A DNA stretch of 64,000 nt from Pseudomonadota bacterium. GTDB lineage: Bacteria; Pseudomonadota; Alphaproteobacteria; Rhodobacterales; Rhodobacteraceae. The stretch spans positions 28,973 to 92,972 of the forward strand of contig JBCCSY010000012.1 of NCBI GenBank assembly GCA_039199335.1, given 5' to 3'. The translations under genes and the position numbers were made by a program. This document shows positions 8,871 through 17,178 of this stretch, one piece after another; the stretch's first letter is position 1; every line of letters starts with the position of its first letter. The notes beneath the pieces were generated by a model. That model worked only from the letters and a program-made list of their open reading frames with translations, ran no database searches and had not been told where the DNA came from.

Positions 8871-9941
8871 ATGACTGACGTGATGACACATTCCCCCGAC
8901 CGCGATCTGAACGGTCGGGGCGTTGTGCGCCAACTGCGCCGCCTACGCCTGCTGCTCGATGCCACGTTCGAGCAGATGGCACAGGAGGTGCGGCCTGTTT
9001 CGATCATGGCGGAAGCCGAGGTGATGCTGGACGCCAAAGGATGGCATGTCACGGCGGAAGATCAGACAGCGGGGCCATTCACGGCCTCGGAGGCCGTTGA
9101 TGTTCTGCGAGAGGTCGATCTGCGGGATATCGACCTTGTTCTACAAGACCGGGCTGTGTTGGATCTGTCTTTCGAACTCCCGTCAGCGCCGTTGGCGGAA
9201 CTTCGGGCGATGGTCGAGGCAGAGATCGCGTTTCATTCTCCTTTCGATCCAAGCCAGGCGGTCAGCATCTGGGCCGGAGAAGAGCAGGAGGACGGCCTTT
9301 GGTCCGTCCAGGCGGCGGTTCTTCTGAAAGCGAATGTGCAACCGTTTCTCGACGCCGCAGAAGCCGGCGATGTCCGGATCGCAAATGTCCGGCGTGAGGA
9401 TGCGGACAGTCATCCGCTGGTCGAAGGTTTGCCGATTTGGGCCGACCCTTCTGCGTCCCCGGTAACGGTCGGCAAGGGGCAGGCCAGCCTTCTCGCGCGG
9501 ATCCCAAAGATCATGCGGCCCGTGATCTTTGCTGGCGGCGCGTTCTTGGTCTCGTTTCTGGGCCTCTCGATCGTTCAAGGACAGGTACTGTCGGGTCTGC
9601 GCGCAGAGGCCGATGGCCTTCAGGGTCAGATGGCACGCACGGCCAGCCTTCAGGCCGCCAGTCGCGACTTCGCCGTTGAACGCGCGGCCAGCGCGGAGCG
9701 GATTTCCCTCGTCGCAGAGTTGACCGCGCTTCTGCCGGACGACACCTGGTTGGATCAGTTCACGATCAAAGGCGACGAGTTGATCATCGTCGGATTCGGT
9801 CCGTCGGCTGCCGCCGTGACAGAGCTTCTGTCGATCCAGGCTGGGCTGACCGATGTGCGCTACGGCTCACCGGTGTCGCGGGACAACAGTCAGAACCTGG
9901 AGCGCTTCAGGATCGTCGCGACCTTGGGGGCGGCGGAATGA
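8871..9941 (+). CDS. GspL/PilN-like T2SS assembly protein
   Basis: 356 aa with a cytoplasmic N-domain, a single TM segment (IMRPVIFAGGAFLVSFLGLSIV), a coiled segment, then a PilN/GspL-like periplasmic end (DDTWLDQFTIKGDELIIVGFGPSAAAVTELL). Position is consistent with the gsp locus. Confidence 0.6.
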   Translation: MTDVMTHSPDRDLNGRGVVRQLRRLRLLLDATFEQMAQEVRPVSIMAEAEVMLDAKGWHVTAEDQTAGPFTASEAVDVLREVDLRDIDLVLQDRAVLDLSFELPSAPLAELRAMVEAEIAFHSPFDPSQAVSIWAGEEQEDGLWSVQAAVLLKANVQPFLDAAEAGDVRIANVRREDADSHPLVEGLPIWADPSASPVTVGKGQASLLARIPKIMRPVIFAGGAFLVSFLGLSIVQGQVLSGLRAEADGLQGQMARTASLQAASRDFAVERAASAERISLVAELTALLPDDTWLDQFTIKGDELIIVGFGPSAAAVTELLSIQAGLTDVRYGSPVSRDNSQNLERFRIVATLGAAE

Positions 9942-10474
9942 CCGGCCAGCTCGTCTTTTCCGAGACCCGCACGATCCAAAGGATGCGCCAAGGCCTTCTG
10001 GTGGCGTCTGGCGTGATCCTGGCGCTGATCGTCATGCTGGCCTGGATGAAAGTCGCCGGTCAGCGCAGCGAGATGGCGGAACTTCGCGGCTATGTCGCCA
10101 TGGCGGAGACGCGGATGGAGGGCGCAATCGCCCCCGAAGCCGCCCAGTTCTATTCCGGCGCGACGCTGCAACTTGCCCAGACCGAAGTGCAGACCGACCT
10201 GCAGGAGATCGCGGGCGGCCATGGGAGCAGGATCGAGACGGTACGGACCGACCAGATCGAAGAGAAGGGTGGCAACATCCGCCTGGGCTTGATCGTCAAC
10301 GGCGTCGTGCCCGAAGCAGCCGTCGGCGCCTTCTTGGCCGAGATCGCCGGACATCAGCCCGCCCTCATCGTCGAGGACCTCGCCCTGCGTCGGGCGCGCA
10401 GTTCCGGCATTGGCCAGCGCGATCAGCGGATGATCTCTTTCCAGATGACCCTGAGCGGATACGCCACGCGATGA
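9938..10474 (+). CDS. GspM-like T2SS protein
   Basis: 178 aa with a short cytoplasmic N-terminus, one TM segment (LLVASGVILALIVMLAWMKV) and a periplasmic domain. ATGA overlap with the gspL-like gene. Assignment rests mainly on topology and position. Confidence 0.5.
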   Translation: MTGQLVFSETRTIQRMRQGLLVASGVILALIVMLAWMKVAGQRSEMAELRGYVAMAETRMEGAIAPEAAQFYSGATLQLAQTEVQTDLQEIAGGHGSRIETVRTDQIEEKGGNIRLGLIVNGVVPEAAVGAFLAEIAGHQPALIVEDLALRRARSSGIGQRDQRMISFQMTLSGYATR

Positions 10475-10959
10475 GCACGACGATTTCCTTCGAGGCGGCC
10501 AGGAAGGCCAAGGGCGGTTCCGAGCGCCGGACCTATCTGATGATGGCTTTGATTGTGGGCGTCCTGTCCCTTGCGCTTTGGGTGCCGGTCGGTGCCGGGG
10601 CCGTCAGCGACGCCGCGCCTGCGCAGCCGCAATCCGTGGTGCCACAGAACGCGGCCCTCGACGCGGACGCGATCGCGAAGACGATCAGTGAACGTCCGCT
10701 CTTCAATGCTTCGCGTCGACCACCGCAGGAGGCCGCACCCGCGCCGCCGCCGGTCGTTACCATTTCCTTGGTGGGCGTGATCAACGACAACCAGACGGAG
10801 ATCGCGTTGCTTCGGATGTCGAATGCACCGGGCGTCCACCGCCTCGCCGTGGGTGAGCAACTTGGCAAATGGCGCGTGACAGCGATCACCAAAGCGTCGG
10901 TCACGGTGATGGATGACGAAGGGAAAGTCAGCGTCATGGCTCTGGACGGTAAGGGCTGA
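10471..10959 (+). CDS. small bitopic T2SS accessory protein (GspC/GspN/PilP-like)
   Basis: ATG at 10471 overlaps the gspM-like stop (ATGA). One TM segment (YLMMALIVGVLSLALWVPV), a Pro-rich linker and a small beta-rich C-domain (ISLVGVINDNQTEIALL...GEQLGKWRVTAITKASVTVMD). No PDZ domain. Confidence 0.4.
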   Translation: MSTTISFEAARKAKGGSERRTYLMMALIVGVLSLALWVPVGAGAVSDAAPAQPQSVVPQNAALDADAIAKTISERPLFNASRRPPQEAAPAPPPVVTISLVGVINDNQTEIALLRMSNAPGVHRLAVGEQLGKWRVTAITKASVTVMDDEGKVSVMALDGKG

Positions 10960-10962
10960 CCC

Positions 10963-11406
10963 CTACCGACCGCCGCTGAAGGTTACCCGCATCTCCCGCA
11001 GGACCGGAATTGCTGCGCGGGTCCGTTCTTCCCCGATCTCTCGGACGGCTTCGGTCATGATGGGCCGGATTGCCGCCAGGGCGGTTTCCCGCGCGGCGGA
11101 GCCCGCTTTAGAGATCGCCACGCGCTTGCGGCGTGCATCATCCCAATCCGGCCGGACATGGATATGTCCCGCCCATTCCAGCTTGTTCAATGTGTTGGTC
11201 ATGGCCCCGCGCGTCACATGGAAGATACGCGCCAGTTCCGCGGGCGTTCGCTCCTCCCGATGTTCGGCTAGGAAATTTAGCACCGTGAAGTGGCTTAGCT
11301 CCATTCCTTTGGGCAGCGCCCGCGACAATCGTGCCCGGACAAGCTGATCGGCCGTTAACATCTCAGAAAACAGCGCGACGGCCAGCTTTGCGGCATCGTC
11401 GCTCAT
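10963..11406 (-). CDS. MarR family transcriptional regulator
   Basis: 147 aa from the ATG at 11404-11406, with a winged-HTH region HFTVLNFLAEHREERTPAELARIFHVTRGAMTNTLNKLEWAGHI. ATGA overlap with the upstream CN-hydrolase stop. Confidence 0.85.
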   Translation of the reverse strand: MSDDAAKLAVALFSEMLTADQLVRARLSRALPKGMELSHFTVLNFLAEHREERTPAELARIFHVTRGAMTNTLNKLEWAGHIHVRPDWDDARRKRVAISKAGSAARETALAAIRPIMTEAVREIGEERTRAAIPVLREMRVTFSGGR

Positions 11407-12233
11407 GGGCCGGTCCAGCGGGCGTCGGAATGCAAGGAACGAACCCGCCCGCGCGCGGCCGCTACTTCGCCGAGATCGAGATCGACAAGGTGCACCCCCG
11501 TCGCCGTCCCCGCATCCAGAAGCACCTCGCCCCAAGGGGCGACAACCAGCGAATGACCATGGGTTTTGCGCGTCCGCCCGGTGGTCGCGGTATGTGTGCC
11601 CGTCTGCGCCGGAGCGAGAAGGAAGCAGCCCGTCTCGATTGCCCGTGCCCGCAGAAGTGGCTCCCAATGGGCGGCCCCGGTGACCGGTGAGAAGGCGGAA
11701 GGCACCGTCAAGATCGACGCGCCCGCTTGTGCAAGTGCGCGATAGAGCGCCGGGAAGCGCAAGTCGTAGCAGATCGTCAGACCAATCTTACCCCACGGGC
11801 TATCCGTCAGAACGGCCCTGTCGCCGGGCCGATAGCCCGCGCTTTCTCGGTAGGTCTCGGTTTCCGAGACGCTGACATCGAACATATGGATCTTGTCGTA
11901 GCGGGCGCAGATCTCACCGTCCGGCCGAAGCAGGAAGGAGCGATTCACGAACCGTCCGTCTTCGGTCGAGCCCCGCAACGCAAGGCTTCCGATCAGGAGC
12001 CAAACCTGCTGCTCCGCGGCGACTTTCCGAAACGCTTGAAGGGACGGATCCTCTTCCTCCGGCTGAAGAACCTTTGCCTGATGTGCCCGGTCGGTAGAGA
12101 CGCAATTGGTTACTTCCGGCGTCAGAACCAGATCCGCGCCGCCATTCGCGGCCTCCCGGATCAGTGCACACGTGATGGAAAGGTTCGCCTCCGGGTCATC
12201 CGAGGCCGTCATCTGGACGAGGCCCGCCCTCAT
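11403..12233 (-). CDS. carbon-nitrogen hydrolase family protein (nitrilase/amidase superfamily)
   Basis: 276 aa reading MRAGLVQMTASDD...TPEV...YDKIHMFD...GLTICYDLRFP (the Glu-Lys-Cys triad context of the CN_hydrolase fold). Conserved grxC-adjacent position in alphaproteobacteria. Confidence 0.85.
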   Translation of the reverse strand: MRAGLVQMTASDDPEANLSITCALIREAANGGADLVLTPEVTNCVSTDRAHQAKVLQPEEEDPSLQAFRKVAAEQQVWLLIGSLALRGSTEDGRFVNRSFLLRPDGEICARYDKIHMFDVSVSETETYRESAGYRPGDRAVLTDSPWGKIGLTICYDLRFPALYRALAQAGASILTVPSAFSPVTGAAHWEPLLRARAIETGCFLLAPAQTGTHTATTGRTRKTHGHSLVVAPWGEVLLDAGTATGVHLVDLDLGEVAAARGRVRSLHSDARWTGP

Positions 12234-12490
12234 TCCTGCGCGAGAAGAGCGTCGAGCTTGCCTGCATTCTCAAGGGCGAAAAGGTCATCGCAGCCGCCCA
12301 CATGCGTCTCGCCGACGAAGATCTGCGGTGTCGTCCGACGCCCTTGGGCACGCTGGACCATTTCCGCCCGCTTTTCAGGTGCGCCCGATACGTCATATTC
12401 CACCAGTGCCGCCCCCTTCGAGCGGAGCAGACGGATGGCTGCGGTACAGAAGCCGCAGAGGGGTTGCGTGTAAATCTCGACGTTTGCCAT
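12230..12490 (-). CDS. grxC: glutaredoxin 3
   Basis: 86 aa. MANVEIYTQPLCGFCTAAIRLLRSKG carries a CGFC active site, followed by TTPQIFVGETHVGGCDDL. Confidence 0.9.
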   Translation of the reverse strand: MANVEIYTQPLCGFCTAAIRLLRSKGAALVEYDVSGAPEKRAEMVQRAQGRRTTPQIFVGETHVGGCDDLFALENAGKLDALLAQE

Positions 12491-12526
12491 GGCGATCCTT
12501 CGCGCTGATCGCTCTGATATATAGCC

Positions 12527-13258
12527 TCAGAGGTCCTTCGCAACGCGCGCGAGGACAAGGACCGAGACCCGTTCCGCCCCGGCACCGTGCAGCGCATCCG
12601 TACAGGCTGCGAGGGTTGCGCCCGATGTCATCACATCATCTACGAGCACCACCTGTTCCCCCGACAGATCGAGGTCCGGCGCAGCGGAGATCGCGCCGGC
12701 GATATTGGCGAAGCGGTCGGCAACGCTGCGATGGTCTTGCGACGGTGTCGACCGACCGCGCTGCAGATCCGCAGGGGCAAACGTGCCTCCGCATCTCTGG
12801 GCCAGTTCAGCGGCGAGAAGCGCTGATTGGTTGTAGCGGCGCTTGAGCAATCGCCAACGATGCAGCGGCACCGGCACAAGCCGGGTTCTCGCCGTCAAGA
12901 GATCATGCGACCGACGATGCATCCACGCGGCTGCGCCTTTTACCAGTTCGGTCCGGTCGCCATGCTTGAGTGCCAGGACAAGCCTTCGGCCGCCCCCGGC
13001 ATAGACCAGTGCTGCCCGTCCTTCGTTCCATGGCCGCGCTAGCGTCAGGCAATCGTCGCATCGAGACGGCCCATCGTCATCGCCGGGCAGAGGCGTCCCG
13101 CACATCTGACAAGCGGCGCCCGTGATGAAGGGCGTCGCCGCCCAGCATGTCGGACAAAGGCCGCCGTCTTCCTGCACACGCGCGTCGCACATCATGCAGG
13201 TGGGCGGATAGAGCGCATCCTTCAGGCCCTGTCTCACCCTTTGCAACGCAAGCCCCAT
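12527..13258 (-). CDS. comF: ComF family / amidophosphoribosyltransferase-like protein
   Basis: N-terminal Cys pairs (CMMC...CPTCW...CQMCG...CDDC) and a C-terminal PRTase loop VVLVDDVMTSGATL. Confidence 0.85.
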   Translation of the reverse strand: MGLALQRVRQGLKDALYPPTCMMCDARVQEDGGLCPTCWAATPFITGAACQMCGTPLPGDDDGPSRCDDCLTLARPWNEGRAALVYAGGGRRLVLALKHGDRTELVKGAAAWMHRRSHDLLTARTRLVPVPLHRWRLLKRRYNQSALLAAELAQRCGGTFAPADLQRGRSTPSQDHRSVADRFANIAGAISAAPDLDLSGEQVVLVDDVMTSGATLAACTDALHGAGAERVSVLVLARVAKDL

Positions 13259-13274
13259 TGCCTAAATCCCCTCC

Positions 13275-14087
13275 ATGTCTAGACCGACCTTGACGGATCG
13301 CGCGGCCCTCGCCGCCCATCGCGCGCGCGCAAATGGGACGGCCTGGTTCCTCCACGAGGAGGCGCTGGATGAGGTTCAGGAAAGACTCAGAGACGTTAAC
13401 AGGGCGTTTACCGCACCGGCGATCGTCTCTGCCGTTCCGGAGGTCTGGAGCAATCTGCTGCCCGAGGCGCGTTTGATCCCAGATGCCGACGTCCTGGCAT
13501 TGGACGAAGGGGCGCATGATCTGATCGTGCATGCCATGTGTCTGCATTGGGCTGATGACCCGATTGGTCAGCTGATCCAATGCCGCCGGGCGCTGCGGCC
13601 CGATGGTCTGCTTCTTGTCGCCACGTTCGGGGGGGAGACCCTACACGAGCTTCGTGCCGCCCTTGGTGAGGCGGAGGTGAGGGCGACCGGCGGTTTGTCA
13701 CCGCGGGTCGCGCCCATGGGCGAGGTGCGCGATCTCGGCGGTTTGCTGCAGCGCGCGGGCTTGGCCTTACCGGTTGCGGACGTGTTGACGCGGCCGGTCC
13801 GCTACCGGGATGCATTCCACCTGATGGCCGATCTGCGTGCCATGGGAGAGACGAATGCCCTGGCAGATCGCCATCGCCGCACCCCGTCACGTGATCTTTT
13901 CTCCGAAATGGCCCGTATATATCAGGAGGCCTTCCCGGATGGCGACGGGATCCGCGCGACGTTTGAGACCATCTTTTTGACCGGATGGGCCCCGTCGGCG
14001 GATCAACCGAAACCGCTCAGACCGGGATCGGCGAAGACAAGACTGGCCGATGCGTTGGGTGTGGCGGAATGGGGGACCAAGCGATGA
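13275..14087 (+). CDS. SAM-dependent methyltransferase (class I-like)
   Basis: 270-aa ORF divergent from comF, as commonly seen in alphaproteobacteria. Methyltransferase-like core (LALDEGAHDLIVHAMCLHWADDPIGQL...LRPDGLLLVATFG). Specific substrate unknown. Confidence 0.7.
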   Translation: MSRPTLTDRAALAAHRARANGTAWFLHEEALDEVQERLRDVNRAFTAPAIVSAVPEVWSNLLPEARLIPDADVLALDEGAHDLIVHAMCLHWADDPIGQLIQCRRALRPDGLLLVATFGGETLHELRAALGEAEVRATGGLSPRVAPMGEVRDLGGLLQRAGLALPVADVLTRPVRYRDAFHLMADLRAMGETNALADRHRRTPSRDLFSEMARIYQEAFPDGDGIRATFETIFLTGWAPSADQPKPLRPGSAKTRLADALGVAEWGTKR

Positions 14088-15139
14088 ACATGATGCAAGA
14101 GATCGAGCTGACGCAGGCGCCGGCAGACCACCCCAAGGTCCGTATGGGCAAGATCGGTGTCCTCTTGGCTAATCTCGGCACGCCGGACCATTACACCTAC
14201 TGGCCCATGCGCCGGTACCTCAACGAGTTCCTGAGCGATCGACGGGTGATCGATTATTCCCCGTTCCTCTGGCAACCACTCTTGCAGGGGATCATCCTCA
14301 CCAAGCGACCGTTCAGTTCCGGCGCGGCCTACAAATCGATCTGGAACGAGGCGCAGGGCGAAAGCCCGCTGGCGACCATCACCAAGGCGCAGACGGCGAA
14401 GATGGCCGAGCGGATGCAGGCCGCCTTCGGCGACAGGGTCGTGGTCGATTACTGTATGCGCTATGGCAATCCCTCGACCAAATCGAAGGTGGAGCAGATG
14501 CAGGCGGCGGGCTGCACGAAAATCGTCTTCTTCCCGCTTTATCCGCAATATGCCGGTGCTACGACGGCCACTGCCAACGATCAATTCTTCCGCGCGTTGA
14601 TGGAGGCGAAGTGGCAGCCTGCCGTGCGTACGGTGCCCGCCTATTCCGACGACCCCCGCTATATCGACGCCCTCGCGCAGTCCGTGGAGCGGGCCTATGC
14701 CGCGTTGGAGACGAAGCCCGACATCCTCGTCTGCTCCTATCACGGGGTGCCGAAACGCTACCTGATGGAGGGCGACCCCTACCATTGCCAATGCCAGAAG
14801 ACGACGCGCCTATTGCGGGAACGGTTGGGTTGGTCCGAAAGCGAGATCGTCACCACCTTCCAGTCCAAGTTCGGTCCTGAGGAATGGCTGAAACCCTACA
14901 CCGTCGAGGAAGTCGCGCGTCTGGCCGAAGAAGACGGTAAGAAGAACATCGCCGTGATCGCACCCGCCTTCTCGTCCGATTGCATCGAAACGCTCGAAGA
15001 GATCAACGAGGAGATCAAGGAAAGTTTCGAGGAAGCTGGGGGCGAGGTCTTCACCTACATCCCGTGTCTCAACGACGACGACGCCCATATGGATGCGCTT
15101 GCGGACATCGTGAAGGAAAACCTGTCGGGCTGGACCTGA
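14084..15139 (+). CDS. hemH: ferrochelatase
   Basis: KIGVLLANLGTPD..., YPQYAGATTA and HGVPKRY...GDPYHCQC motifs. ATG at 14084 overlaps the upstream stop (ATGA). Confidence 0.92.
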   Translation: MNMMQEIELTQAPADHPKVRMGKIGVLLANLGTPDHYTYWPMRRYLNEFLSDRRVIDYSPFLWQPLLQGIILTKRPFSSGAAYKSIWNEAQGESPLATITKAQTAKMAERMQAAFGDRVVVDYCMRYGNPSTKSKVEQMQAAGCTKIVFFPLYPQYAGATTATANDQFFRALMEAKWQPAVRTVPAYSDDPRYIDALAQSVERAYAALETKPDILVCSYHGVPKRYLMEGDPYHCQCQKTTRLLRERLGWSESEIVTTFQSKFGPEEWLKPYTVEEVARLAEEDGKKNIAVIAPAFSSDCIETLEEINEEIKESFEEAGGEVFTYIPCLNDDDAHMDALADIVKENLSGWT

Positions 15140-15159
15140 GTTTGGGTCCAGCCCGACAG
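15122..15159. terminator. perfect 15-bp-stem hairpin overlapping the hemH stop (possible bidirectional terminator)
   Basis: CTGTCGGGCTGGACC (15122-15136), loop TGAGTTTG, GGTCCAGCCCGACAG (15145-15159). No clear U-tract on either side. It sits between the 3' ends of hemH (+) and the 40-codon ORF (-). Confidence 0.5.
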
Positions 15160-15163
15160 CTGG

Positions 15164-15286
15164 TTAGACGGGGCGCCCGGTAAAGACCTGCGTCCCAACG
15201 CGAACCTGCATCAGGCCGCTTTTCAGCATTTTGACGAAGATACCTTGAATGGAAAGGTGTCTTCCGATCGTGACAGTCCGCAGCAT
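15164..15286 (-). CDS. 40-aa small protein candidate, too short for the supplied ORF track (MLRTVTIGRHLSIQGIFVKMLKSGLMQVRVGTQVFTGRPV)
   Basis: My own reverse-complement translation. The ATG at 15284-15286 is preceded by GGAGGAGGAG with a 4-nt spacer, and the TAA at 15164-15166 lies 5 nt from the 15-bp hairpin. GC3 is about 70%. It sits in a 258-bp AT-rich spacer downstream of mutT. Confidence 0.35.
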   Translation of the reverse strand: MLRTVTIGRHLSIQGIFVKMLKSGLMQVRVGTQVFTGRPV

Positions 15287-15397
15287 CAGTCTCCTCCTCC
15301 GCTGCCTCGGAACACATTCAGGCTATGACTGAAATGTGGGCATCGTCAGGCATCATGTGAAGGAATCGTCACCAAAATGTAAACAGTAACAGAAATG

Positions 15398-15796
15398 TTA
15401 CAGCCAAGCGCGAAGTATCGGAATGAGCGGAAGATCGGCTTCGGGCATCGGATATCTGCTAAGATCTTGTGATTTAACCCATTTCATCGATTGGCCCTCT
15501 TGCCCGACCGGGATGCCCTCCCATTTTCGGCAGGCGAAGAGGGGCATCAATAGGTGGAACGTTTCATAGGCATGTGACGCGAAATTGAGCGGTGCGAGAC
15601 AGGATTTCCACGTGTCGATGCCCAATTCCTCGCGCAATTCGCGGATTAAGGCAGCTTCTGGGCTCTCTCCGGCTTCCACCTTGCCGCCCGGGAACTCCCA
15701 GAGACCGGCCATCGACTTTCCCTCCGGCCGCTGTGTCAGCAACACCCGCCCGTCCCGGTCGATCAGGGCAACGGCTGAAACCAGGACCAGTTTCAA
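15398..15796 (-). CDS. mutT: NUDIX hydrolase, MutT-type (8-oxo-dGTP diphosphatase)
   Basis: 132 aa with the Nudix box GGKVEAGESPEAALIRELREELGI and LWEFPGG upstream. ATGA overlap with argJ. Confidence 0.85.
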   Translation of the reverse strand: MKLVLVSAVALIDRDGRVLLTQRPEGKSMAGLWEFPGGKVEAGESPEAALIRELREELGIDTWKSCLAPLNFASHAYETFHLLMPLFACRKWEGIPVGQEGQSMKWVKSQDLSRYPMPEADLPLIPILRAWL

Positions 15797-17175
15797 GACC
15801 GGTAATCCGCGTTGATCTCGATGTAGCGTTTGGTCAGATCACAGGTCCACATCACGTCCGAAGCCGTGCCGAGACCAAGATCGACCGACAGGACGATGTG
15901 ATCCCCTTTCATATGGTCCGCACCGTGCGCTTCCTTGTAATCGGGTGCCATCTGACCGTTCTCGGCGACGCGCACGTCCCCGAACCGGATGGCCAGGCGG
16001 TCGCGGTCGGCTTTGGCGCCGGATTTGCCCACCGCCATGACGACCCGGCCCCAGTTGGGATCCGCTCCGGCAATGGCCGTCTTGACCAAGGGCGAGTTGG
16101 CGATGGATCGGGCGACCTTTCTTGCATCTGCCGCGCTGGCCGCGCCGTCGATACGGATCTCGATCAGCTTGGTGGCGCCTTCTCCATCCATGACGACCTG
16201 AAGGGCCAGGTCTTGCAAAACCTCCCCCAATGCGGCTTTGAAAGCCCGTCCCGCCCGCGTCCGCGCCGTGGCAATCGGGGCATGGTCCGCCTTGCAGGTG
16301 GCCGCGGCGATCAGCGTGTCCGAGGTGGATGTGTCGCCATCGACCGTGATGGCGTTGAAGCTGCCTTTCACCAGGTCCGACAACATGCTTTGCAATGCGG
16401 CATCGCTAATCGTCGCGTCGGTAAAGACGTAGGACAGCACGGTGGCCATATCTGGCGCGATCATGCCGGACCCCTTGGCGATCCCCGCGATGGTCACGGG
16501 CACGCCGTCGATCTCAAGCGTTCGCAAAGCGCCCTTGGCAAATGTGTCCGTGGTCATGATCGCCTTAGCCGCATCTTCCAGCTCGTCGGGCGCCAGGGCG
16601 GCCCCCAGCTTGGTTAGGCATGCGGTAATGCGATCATGGGGCAACGGCTCTCCGATGACGCCGGTGGAGGCCGTGAGCACGCGGGAAGCGGGAATCTTCG
16701 TCGCTTCGGAGACTGCCTTGCTGATTGCGCTCACGCTTTCAAAGCCCGCTGCGCCGGTAAACGCATTCGCGTTCCCAGAATTGACAAGGATCGCCCAGCC
16801 CGACTTTCCGCGCTTCCCTTTCAGCTTCGCCTCGCAATCGAGCACGGCAGCAGAGCGCGTCGCGGATGTTGTGAAGACGCCAGCCACTTGGCTTTCTGCG
16901 TCCAGAACGGCGAGCATTACGTCTGTTCGATCCTTGTACTTCACGCCTGCCTTGCCCACAGCGAGGCGCAGGCCGGCAATCTCCGGCAGGGGCGGCAAGG
17001 GACGTGCAAGGGGCGAGACCGTTGGCCCGGAAGAAGTAGCTTGCGCTTCGAGTTCGGCGATACGCGCCAAAAGTTCCTTCTTCTTAGGAGCCCCCTTGGC
17101 GGCGAGCGCGTCCTTCTTCGGCGATTTCTTCCCGGACTTGGCCTTCTTGCCTTTCCCCTTGCCGTCCTTCGCCAT
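15793..17175 (-). CDS. argJ: bifunctional ornithine acetyltransferase / N-acetylglutamate synthase ArgJ, with a Lys-rich N-terminal extension
   Basis: ArgJ core (LVNSGNANAFTG, autoprocessing-site context ATVLSYVFTDA, and C-terminal TCDLTKRYIEINADYRS). The ATG at 17173-17175 has GGAG 6 nt upstream and lies 3 nt after the ppiC-like stop. Confidence 0.9.
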   Translation of the reverse strand: MAKDGKGKGKKAKSGKKSPKKDALAAKGAPKKKELLARIAELEAQATSSGPTVSPLARPLPPLPEIAGLRLAVGKAGVKYKDRTDVMLAVLDAESQVAGVFTTSATRSAAVLDCEAKLKGKRGKSGWAILVNSGNANAFTGAAGFESVSAISKAVSEATKIPASRVLTASTGVIGEPLPHDRITACLTKLGAALAPDELEDAAKAIMTTDTFAKGALRTLEIDGVPVTIAGIAKGSGMIAPDMATVLSYVFTDATISDAALQSMLSDLVKGSFNAITVDGDTSTSDTLIAAATCKADHAPIATARTRAGRAFKAALGEVLQDLALQVVMDGEGATKLIEIRIDGAASAADARKVARSIANSPLVKTAIAGADPNWGRVVMAVGKSGAKADRDRLAIRFGDVRVAENGQMAPDYKEAHGADHMKGDHIVLSVDLGLGTASDVMWTCDLTKRYIEINADYRS

Positions 17176-17178
17176 CGC

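Noticed and set aside
9853-10470. N-terminal 206 codons of ORF 9853-10959
   Set aside because: This part is out of frame over the gspL-like 3' end and the whole gspM-like gene, and is Arg-rich noise. Only the part from the ATG at 10471 (ATGA-coupled, with a TM segment) is kept.
11407-11667. 87-codon N-terminal extension of the MarR ORF (10963-11667)
   Set aside because: It overlaps the CN-hydrolase coding region and is Gly/Arg-rich. The MarR homology starts at the ATG at 11406, which is ATGA-coupled to the hydrolase stop.
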